DNA of 59,528 nucleotides from Candidatus Kaiserbacteria bacterium RIFCSPHIGHO2_01_FULL_53_31 (GCA_001781095.1 MFKU01000014.1:1-59528), one strand, 5' to 3'. Counted from the first letter of the stretch, positions 28,797 to 35,822 are shown. Notes: generated from the sequence alone by a model not told the origin. Translations and numbers: made by a program.

Positions 28797-30334
28797 ATTA
28801 GAATCGCATACGCGACGAGGACGAGCCAGAACGGGAATAATGGGAGAGTAAACGCCGCGAACGGTAATGCGGCGCTGCCTCGCGCGATGAAGATTAAATA
28901 CCAGTTGGCGAGATATGCCGGGAACGCGAGCACGATGCCGAGAAGTGGTGCGAGAGAACCGAATAGTATGCCGGCGAAGCCAGCGAGGGCTGAGAGCGCC
29001 ATCGCCACGGGCACTATCGGCATCGTGAGCAGGTTTGCGGGAATTGCGACCAGCGAGAGGTTGCCGGTGTCATAGAGGAGGATCGGAAGGACGGCGATCT
29101 GTGCGGCGAGGGTTGTGGCAATTGCTTGCAGCCAAAATCCGCTTGAGGAAGAAGATTTTTCAGAGCGTTTCGCCTCGCCTGGTGGCGAGGCTGCACTTGG
29201 CATCACTCTGAAAAATCTTCTTCTTCGCGCTCCTTCAGTCAGAATTATTTCAATAACGGGTTCCAACCAAATGAGTCCAGCAGTTGCCGCCACCGAAAGG
29301 CCAAAGCCGGGATCGAAGACGAGGTAGAGAGGGTTCCACACGAGCATGAGAAACACGACAAAGAGAAGCGCGCGGCTGGCGGCGTAGGTGCGGCCGGTCG
29401 CGCGTGCGTAGAGCGCGATGAGTGCCATCAGCGCCGCTCGTATTGCGGTCGCTGATGTGCCGGCGACACCGACGAAGAAGATCAGGGCGAGCGCGCCCGC
29501 AACAGCACTTCGCCTACGCGAGACATTGAAATACGCGAGCGCTGCCATGACCCACTCGGCAACGACCATCACGTTGTAGCCGGAGAGAACGATGATCTGC
29601 ACGAGACCGGAGCGGACGAACGCATCTTTCAGGCCAGTGCCGAGACCGGACTTCCCTCCTATCACGATGCCTCCGGCGAGCGAGGCATAGGGCTCGGGCA
29701 GTGTCGCCGAGAGTCCACCAAGAAATGCATGCTTCACGCGCGCGAGCCCCGTTAAAATTCTGATTTCTAACGAGGCAAGCGCAGCAGGACTTTCTAGGAC
29801 TCGTATTGTTGCGAAGTTGAAGATAAAGCGTACGCCGTCTCGTTGTAGATATTTATCATACTGAAATGTTCTCCCGCCTTCGCTCGCAAATGGTTCGGGC
29901 TTAAACAATGTGCCAGTCACGCTCACACGATCGCCAACGGTGACTATTGGATACAGCTTCGCGACTGCGAGCACGATCGTCGACACGTCTTCGTCAGCTG
30001 GTGAATTCACCCGAATTTGTACTCGCTGCGTGGCATCGCGTACGTCAGGATCTGCGACGACAATTCCCTCGTATGAAACGCGATGCCTCAACTGGCTCGC
30101 AAATGTTTGTGGCAGCGGCGTGTCGGCGAGCACCGCGCGTAGCATGCCGAACGCAAGCAGAAAGCAAAACACCGCGCCGAGCGAGTACACTTGGCGCGGT
30201 TTAAGAAATGCAGCCGCTCCAAACAGCATCGCAAGTAACACTGCAAACACCATCGGTTCCCACTTGAAAATAAAAATTGAGCGGAGAAATACCCCGCTCG
30301 CAAATCCCGAAACGGCAGCAATGAAGGAAATCAT
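28727..30334 (-). CDS. comEC: ComEC/Rec2 DNA-uptake channel (OB domain plus competence domain)
   Basis: SGLVQIIVLSGYNV, AIRAALM, DPGFGLSVAAT, AAQIAVLP. Confidence 0.92.
   Translation of the reverse strand: MISFIAAVSGFASGVFLRSIFIFKWEPMVFAVLLAMLFGAAAFLKPRQVYSLGAVFCFLLAFGMLRAVLADTPLPQTFASQLRHRVSYEGIVVADPDVRDATQRVQIRVNSPADEDVSTIVLAVAKLYPIVTVGDRVSVTGTLFKPEPFASEGGRTFQYDKYLQRDGVRFIFNFATIRVLESPAALASLEIRILTGLARVKHAFLGGLSATLPEPYASLAGGIVIGGKSGLGTGLKDAFVRSGLVQIIVLSGYNVMVVAEWVMAALAYFNVSRRRSAVAGALALIFFVGVAGTSATAIRAALMALIALYARATGRTYAASRALLFVVFLMLVWNPLYLVFDPGFGLSVAATAGLIWLEPVIEIILTEGARRRRFFRVMPSAASPPGEAKRSEKSSSSSGFWLQAIATTLAAQIAVLPILLYDTGNLSLVAIPANLLTMPIVPVAMALSALAGFAGILFGSLAPLLGIVLAFPAYLANWYLIFIARGSAALPFAAFTLPLFPFWLVLVAYAILIYFVASNRFSTTPQLMLAKKASI
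29148..29223. repeat. 76-bp palindromic mini-element, copy A (inside comEC)
   Basis: 18-bp perfect inverted repeat GAAGAAGATTTTTCAGAG / CTCTGAAAAATCTTCTTC around a core containing GCTGCACTTGGCA. Confidence 0.8.
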
Positions 30335-30355
30335 GCTCTTATTGCAGTGTTGTTA

Positions 30356-30775
30356 TTAAGATCCCCTATCCATCGCTTCGTTGGCGAGGGCGTCGGCGTC
30401 GCTGTTTTCTTCGCGCGGAACGTGCGTGAAGGTCACGGAGCCAAATGCCGACGCCCCCTGCGCGAGGCGCGCGTACTGTTCTTTCAGGACGGGATGCTTC
30501 ACTTTATATTCTTTTTTCATCTGCTTCACGACGAGCTCGCTGTCCATCTTTACCATGACGGGAGTGTCTTTACACTTCCCCGCTCCGACGAGTTTCGCAA
30601 GCGTTTCAAACGCGAGAATCACCGCTTCGTATTCTGCGAAGTTGTTGGTACGCGTGCCGAGGAATTGTGAGACGCTGGCGACTGAGTTACCGCGCTCATC
30701 GCGAATCATCGCTCCCGCGCCCGCTGGCCCGGGATTTCCCCGCGATCCCCCGTCAGCATGAATAGTGAAATGCAT
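30356..30775 (-). CDS. rnhA: Ribonuclease HI family protein
   Basis: DGGSRGNPGPAG, TNNFAEY, DSELVVKQ, HVPREENSDADALAN. Confidence 0.93.
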   Translation of the reverse strand: MHFTIHADGGSRGNPGPAGAGAMIRDERGNSVASVSQFLGTRTNNFAEYEAVILAFETLAKLVGAGKCKDTPVMVKMDSELVVKQMKKEYKVKHPVLKEQYARLAQGASAFGSVTFTHVPREENSDADALANEAMDRGS

Positions 30776-30807
30776 TCCGCCTACTATACACCTGTGCTTG
30801 CCCGGAC

Positions 30808-30883
30808 AGAAATGTTTTTGAGAGCGTTCCGCTCCGCCTCTTGGCGTAGCTGCACTTGGCAATTAACTCTCAAAAACATTTCT
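30808..30883. repeat. 76-bp palindromic mini-element, copy B (recJ-rnhA spacer)
   Basis: 17-bp perfect inverted repeat AGAAATGTTTTTGAGAG / CTCTCAAAAACATTTCT with the same GAGCGTT..GCTGCACTTGGCA core as copy A. Confidence 0.8.
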
Positions 30884-30897
30884 ACGCTCGCTCGCGG

Positions 30898-32631
30898 TTA
30901 CACGAGTCGAATGTCCAAGAGGCGCAGGCGGACGGGGGTGCCGCGCGAGAAGGTGTCGCGTTCGAGATGCGCGAGGAGACTCACACGGCTACCGGGCGCG
31001 AGATCGGTCGCCGTGCGTGCGGTCTGACCCTTGGTGAAAAATTGCACGGCGTCGATGGTGCGAGCGCCGTCGTCCGCAGCGATTTTTAATTTCAGGTGTT
31101 CCTGCCCTTTCCCGAAGCGTGAAATCTCTCGCAACGAGACATCACGCAGAAGGAACAGCGGTTTAGGATTCTTCATGCCGAAAGGGGCGAGTCGCTCCAC
31201 CTGCGACAAAAATTTTGCATTCACTTCCTCTGGTGTGATGACAGCATCGGCATGCAACGAGAGATCATTTGACTGCGCCTCCCCTCCTTCGCCAAGGCTA
31301 CGGAGGGCGAGGACGAGTCGATCTTCAAGAAAGAAAACGGCTGATTCTTGGACGGTGAATCCGCCCGCTGCAGCGTGTCCGCCGCACTCAACAAAGGTGT
31401 CTTCTGTCGCCCGCATCAGCTCGAGCGCATGCGTGGCTCCCCCACTCCGTACCGAACCTTTGATGCTGTTGTTGCCCTCGCGACCCCAGAGGAATACCGG
31501 CCGCTCATATTCTTCTGCAATCGTATTCGCAACGAGACCGAGGAGTCCCGGTCGCCACGCTGGGTCGCCAAGAGCGATCACGCTGCGCATCTCGCTACGC
31601 TCTTTGAGGCGCGCATGTACCGCGCGCGTGATAGCACCCGCTTCCGCTTTACGAGTCCGATTGACCGATTCTAATTTCTTCGCGAGGGTGTCGGCTTCGC
31701 TCTCGGAGTCGGTCGTGAAGAGGAGGAAGGCATCGCGTGCATCGTCCATCCGGCTCGCGGCGTTCACGCGTGGTGCAATCATGAAGCCGATATCGTCTTC
31801 GGTGATCGTGCACTGCTCGACGCGGATCACGCGACACAGTTTCTGCACGCCAATGCGCGGCGATTTGCGAAGCACAAGGAGTCCATACGTTGCGAGCACG
31901 CGGTTCTCACCAACAAGTGGCACCATATCTGCAATGGTTGCGATCCCTACCATATCGAGGAGCCACTTCTCCCATCCCTCGGGTACCCTCTCGCGAAATG
32001 AGGGTTCCACTGCGAGCGTGGCACACACAAGCTTCCACGCTACCGCGGCACCACAGAGATCGTGAAAAGGGTACATCTCGTCTACGCGTGCGTTTGGATT
32101 AACAACTGCGTATGCCTCCGGCAATCCCTTTTCTGAAATCAAATGGTGATCTGTCACAATCACTTCAATACTGAGTTCTTTTGCACGGGCGAGTGCTGCA
32201 TGATCAGTTATGCCAGAATCAATGGTGACCACGAGTGATATTCCCCTCTTCGCAAGTTGTTCGATGCCAGCGACGTTTACTCCGTACCCTTCCCTATGCC
32301 GGTGTGGAATGTAATTTTCAAAATTGGCACCACTCTTTTTTAAGAAATCGTGCAGCACGACTGCGCCCGGGATACCGTCGCAATCATAATCGCTCCACAC
32401 AGCAATTTTTTCCTTTGCGAGGATGGCATCTGCGAGGCGACGTGCCGCCTTCGGCATGTCAGTCATCTGGAGAGGGTCGTGCAGGTGCAAATCATAAGAG
32501 GGATTCAAAAATCTATCTGCGTCTTCCCTCGTCACAATGCCTCGGCGGGACAGTAGTGCCGCCGTGAAATCATCATATTGAGAAAATTCCGCACGAAGTG
32601 CGTCATCAATAGTGTCATGGAGTGAGAACAT
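30898..32631 (-). CDS. recJ: Single-stranded-DNA exonuclease RecJ
   Basis: DYDCDG, EGYG, TDHH, IADMVPL, APRVNAASR, GGHAAAGG, PFGMKNP. Confidence 0.96.
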   Translation of the reverse strand: MFSLHDTIDDALRAEFSQYDDFTAALLSRRGIVTREDADRFLNPSYDLHLHDPLQMTDMPKAARRLADAILAKEKIAVWSDYDCDGIPGAVVLHDFLKKSGANFENYIPHRHREGYGVNVAGIEQLAKRGISLVVTIDSGITDHAALARAKELSIEVIVTDHHLISEKGLPEAYAVVNPNARVDEMYPFHDLCGAAVAWKLVCATLAVEPSFRERVPEGWEKWLLDMVGIATIADMVPLVGENRVLATYGLLVLRKSPRIGVQKLCRVIRVEQCTITEDDIGFMIAPRVNAASRMDDARDAFLLFTTDSESEADTLAKKLESVNRTRKAEAGAITRAVHARLKERSEMRSVIALGDPAWRPGLLGLVANTIAEEYERPVFLWGREGNNSIKGSVRSGGATHALELMRATEDTFVECGGHAAAGGFTVQESAVFFLEDRLVLALRSLGEGGEAQSNDLSLHADAVITPEEVNAKFLSQVERLAPFGMKNPKPLFLLRDVSLREISRFGKGQEHLKLKIAADDGARTIDAVQFFTKGQTARTATDLAPGSRVSLLAHLERDTFSRGTPVRLRLLDIRLV

Positions 32632-32676
32632 GTAGGGCGATTGTATCAGGAAGTGAATGGAGTATCCTAACGGCAT

Positions 32677-33063
32677 ATGAACGACTGTATTTTCTGCAAA
32701 ATTGTGGCGGGTGAGATTCCTGCCGACAAGGTATATGAAGATGAGGACTTTCTTGCCTTCTTGGATATCCACCCCGCGTCATGTGGGCACACACTGATTA
32801 TTCCCAAAAAACACTATCGATGGGTATGGGACCTGCCTGCCGACAGGCAGGCGTCCCCGAACATTGGCGCCTACTTTGAAGTGGCTCAGAAGATCGCTCG
32901 CGCTCTGCAAAAAGCATTTGATCAAGAAGCAATTTGGAGCGGCATCAAGGGAGACGAGGTGCCGCACGCACATGTCTCTATCCTTCCTCATTCGAAGACG
33001 AAAGGAAATAAAAAAGATTTTGCCGGTAACGCAGCAAAAATCCGAGCAAATCTGGCTGCTTGA
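32677..33063 (+). CDS. HIT family nucleotide hydrolase
   Basis: CIFCKIV.GEIP, AFLDIHP, GHTLIIPKKH, VPHAHV. Confidence 0.92.
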   Translation: MNDCIFCKIVAGEIPADKVYEDEDFLAFLDIHPASCGHTLIIPKKHYRWVWDLPADRQASPNIGAYFEVAQKIARALQKAFDQEAIWSGIKGDEVPHAHVSILPHSKTKGNKKDFAGNAAKIRANLAA

Positions 33064-33087
33064 CAATAGACAACATTCGTGTATACT
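33060..33087 (+). promoter_or_regulatory. Sigma70-type promoter of the DGR target gene
   Basis: TTGACA (33060) - 16 bp - TATACT (33082); RBS AGGAGG at about 33240 before ATG 33251. Confidence 0.7.
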
Positions 33088-33250
33088 ATACAGATAGTTC
33101 TTTGATATCAACTTGCGTTCGCCACAGCAGAAAGTGGCTTTCCGTCAGCTGGCGGATCTAGGCCGTTCTCTGCTGTGGCGAACTCACTAACGAGAAGACC
33201 ACCAATACTGAGGCTACCCGCAAAGGAGTAGCGCTCAATAGGAGGAACCT

Positions 33251-33949
33251 ATGAGCAAAGCAACATTCGGACAGGCGCTTCAGGCGTTGAATCTGATTCA
33301 CGCAAAGGACCCGACTGCAGAACGCCTCACGGCGCTCTACAACTCCGGCATCCTCGCGGATGTGCTCGACGCAGACCTTTCGAAGGTCGAACGCGATGCT
33401 GTCCGTGCTGCGCTCAAGCTCGGAAGCATCTTCACTCGCAACGAGCACGGCCACGTTGTCGTGACCTTCACCGGTCTCGACATTACGGGTGCCGAGGAAA
33501 TCGCTCGGCTCGAAGCAGGCGGGTACCGCGTGGGCAACTACGCGAAGCAGTGCTTCACGAGCACGAACGACGACAGCTACGACAAGTGTCATCGTCTCGT
33601 CGCCGGTCAGCAGTATCGGATCGCCCTCGTCCCCGGAAAGGACATCGAGCGCGATTCCGAGCGGACAACCGCAGCCCTGCAGAAACTCGGCGAGAAGTGC
33701 GGCTATGGCAAGGCGCTCGGCGGACATATCCCGCGAATCCGAGAGATCATCTCGGACAAGCAGATGGAAGAAATGGGGATCTGGTACATCGCAGCCCTCC
33801 ATGACCCCATCAAGAATTCCGGCGGCGACCCGAGTGTGCTCGACGTCTACCGCTACGATGGCGAGCGATGGGTCAGCACCTATTGGGGCTCTCCCGACAG
33901 TCAGTGGGATGGCAGTGGCGCTTTCGCGTTTCCCGTTGCCGCAAGTTAG
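33251..33949 (+). CDS. DGR target (variable) protein, 232 aa, VR at C-terminus (probable C-type lectin-like fold)
   Basis: The last ~43 codons match the downstream TR except at adenines. The fold call is inferred from typical DGR targets. Confidence 0.9.
   Translation: MSKATFGQALQALNLIHAKDPTAERLTALYNSGILADVLDADLSKVERDAVRAALKLGSIFTRNEHGHVVVTFTGLDITGAEEIARLEAGGYRVGNYAKQCFTSTNDDSYDKCHRLVAGQQYRIALVPGKDIERDSERTTAALQKLGEKCGYGKALGGHIPRIREIISDKQMEEMGIWYIAALHDPIKNSGGDPSVLDVYRYDGERWVSTYWGSPDSQWDGSGAFAFPVAAS
33818..33944 (+). repeat. DGR variable repeat (VR)
   Basis: 127 bp, 119/127 identical to 34297-34423. Mismatches at 33827, 33834, 33842, 33848, 33891, 33908, 33912 and 33915 all face an A in TR. 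Confidence 0.95.
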
Positions 33950-34003
33950 CACTTAGGACTTGGAACCTTGGTCTTTTGGACTTAGGAACTTTGTTCTTCG
34001 TAT

Positions 34004-34039
34004 TTGGGCTCCGCTCGCTTCACTGCGCGCGGAGCCCAA
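34004..34039. other. Hairpin downstream of VR (candidate DGR homing hairpin or terminator)
   Basis: TTGGGCTCCGC / GCGGAGCCCAA 11-bp stem about 55 bp after the target stop. Confidence 0.65.
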
Positions 34040-34070
34040 TCTGTTTTGATACACTGCAAGTGGCAGTAGG

Positions 34071-34456
34071 TGCATACGCGGGAGATTACGGTTTCCCGCT
34101 ACCGAACCCAGTATCCATACATCCAGAATATTCGCGATTACGGTTTCGGGTACCGTGGTGTATGCAGACACTTCAAAAATTGAAGATACTTGGTGTGGAG
34201 TGCTCTGGCATTACAGATGCCGAAGACCGCGGGACCCCCGCAGACAGCCCCGAGAGTATTCAAGGGTGCAGTGATATGGACGGCACTCCACACATCTCCG
34301 GCGGCAACCCGAATGTGCTCAACGTCAACCGCTACGATGGCGAGCGATGGGTCAGCACCTATTGGGGCTATCCCGACAGTCAGTGGAATGACAATGGCGC
34401 TTTCGCGTTTCCCGTTGCCGCAACTCCCTTCACTTCTCGCCCCGCTATACGCGGGG
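34071..34456 (+). ncRNA. Putative DGR template RNA (structured leader + TR + 3' hairpin); ends approximate
   Basis: Multiple stems upstream of TR and a CCCCGC-TATAC-GCGGGG hairpin at 34440-34456. Confidence 0.55.
34297..34423 (+). repeat. DGR template repeat (TR)
   Basis: Adenine-retaining copy of VR (AAC/AAT codons) 479 bp downstream of it, with an A-free 3' segment GGCGCTTTCGCGTTTCCCGTTGCCGC. Confidence 0.95.
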
Positions 34457-34818
34457 TTGAGTTTTGCCTAGCTGCCCGTTCCAACCACCCAGCATTTTAC
34501 CGATTTCTTCAATCGGGACGGAGAGCGCAACGTATTTCTTCGTATCGAGTGATTTTGTCTCCCAGAGCACGAGTAACATCACCTTCAGGGTATCCAGTTT
34601 GCGAATGGCGAGCCGTACCCATGGCTGTTTTTCGGTTTTAGCGAGGAAAGTTGCAGAGGAGATCGCTTCTATCGTTTCTACAAAGAGCTCGTCTATCTTT
34701 CCGCCGAGAGTGTATCGATGTGTCTTGGGAATGGTCTGATAATATCCGTACCAAAGGATATATGCTGTCTTCAAACGCTCAAGCACGGGGAGAAGTCGTT
34801 GGGGGGGGGGTTACTCAT
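34445..34818 (-). CDS. avd: Avd-like four-helix-bundle accessory protein; ATG 34818 is out of frame by one base at the G10 tract, in-frame GTG at 34786
   Basis: IPKTHRYTLGGKID..LDTLKVMLLVLWETKSLDTKKY..EEIGKMLGGW matches the Avd/bAvd family pattern; located between TR and RT. Confidence 0.85.
34801..34810. repeat. G10 homopolymer shared by the 5' ends of avd (-) and RT (+)
   Basis: Exactly ten G at 34801-34810. Confidence 0.9.
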
Positions 34819-34856
34819 GGACGCTCGTATACGACGATATCATTTCGGTCGAGAAT

Positions 34857-35822
34857 TTGCTTGAAGCTTGGCGCGAGTTCAAACGAGACAAGCGCAAACG
34901 CGCTGATGTGCAGGAGTTTGGGAGAAACCTGATGAGCAATGTTCTCGACCTACATCGAGAACTTGCGACCGGTACGTACCAGCATGGTGGCTATCATCAT
35001 TTCAAGATAAGCGATCCAAAACCGCGTGATATCCACAAGGCGAGTGCGCGCGACCGGCTCGTACATCACTCGCTTCATCGAAAACTATATCCATTCTTCG
35101 ATCGCATCTTTATTGCTGACTCATATTCTTGTCGTATCGAGAAAGGAACGCACAAGGCGATGAATCGCTTTCGCGCATTCGCCTACAAAGTTTCGCAGAA
35201 CAACACACGCACCTGCTGGGTTCTCAAGTGCGACATTCGCAAATTCTTCGCGTCTATCGATCACGAAGCGCTCGTCCGTATCTTGCGTGCACATATTTCT
35301 GATGAGCGTCTGATGTTGCTTCTTGTAAATATTATCGGCAGTTTCAATTCAGACACTGTGGGGAGAGGTCTCCCGCTCGGGAATCTCACATCACAGTTAC
35401 TGGTAAACATTTACATGAACGAGTTTGATCAGTTCGTGAAGCATAAAATCAAAGCGAAGTATTACATCCGCTACGCTGATGATTTTGTGATTTTCTCCCA
35501 TGACCGAACTCATCTGGTAGAAATACTTCCATATATGGACGTATTTCTACGTTACCAGTTGAAACTTAAAATGCATCCGAACAAGGTTTCCATCGCAACC
35601 CTCTCTTCTGGCGTCGACTTTCTGGGCTGGGTCCATTTTCCCGATCGCCGCGTGCTACGTACGAGCACAAAGAAGCGAATGTTTAGAAACATACAAGAGA
35701 AGCAAGGGCACGAGGCAACAGTCCAGTCGTATCTCGGCCTGTTGAGTCATGGGAATGCTTGGAAACTTCAAGAAAGTGTAAAGTCCTTGCACGAGGTAGC
35801 GCTCGCGAAGCATTCGGTTTGA
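34857..35822 (+). CDS. DGR reverse transcriptase; RT-like sequence extends 5' of the TTG start, ATG 34762 joins in frame only with G11 or G8
   Basis: DPKPRDI, RDRLVHH, KGTH, CDIRKFFASIDH, GLPLGNLTSQ (DGR-type), YIRYADDF, VDFLGW. No maturase or endonuclease tail. Confidence 0.95.
   Translation: MLEAWREFKRDKRKRADVQEFGRNLMSNVLDLHRELATGTYQHGGYHHFKISDPKPRDIHKASARDRLVHHSLHRKLYPFFDRIFIADSYSCRIEKGTHKAMNRFRAFAYKVSQNNTRTCWVLKCDIRKFFASIDHEALVRILRAHISDERLMLLLVNIIGSFNSDTVGRGLPLGNLTSQLLVNIYMNEFDQFVKHKIKAKYYIRYADDFVIFSHDRTHLVEILPYMDVFLRYQLKLKMHPNKVSIATLSSGVDFLGWVHFPDRRVLRTSTKKRMFRNIQEKQGHEATVQSYLGLLSHGNAWKLQESVKSLHEVALAKHSV

Noticed and set aside
31031-32065. 344-aa ORF antisense to recJ, and similar long antisense ORFs over polA, ruvB, rny and nusA
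   Set aside because: Shadow frames of GC-rich genes, Ser/Arg-rich and without motifs.
33950-34000. Short repeats as a CRISPR array
   Set aside because: Units are 7-8 bp, degenerate and without spacers. No cas genes or CRISPR array were seen in the window.
33868-34641. 257-aa plus-strand ORF running through TR and encoding a VR-like peptide
   Set aside because: TR is naturally open in the VR frame. The rest overlaps the target, the structured leader and antisense avd, and does not look like a real protein.
34857-35822. RT as a group II intron, retron or Abi/CRISPR-associated RT
   Set aside because: It is a short RT without maturase or endonuclease domains, has the GNLTSQ motif, and sits next to an Avd-like gene and an A-specific TR/VR pair, all pointing to a DGR.
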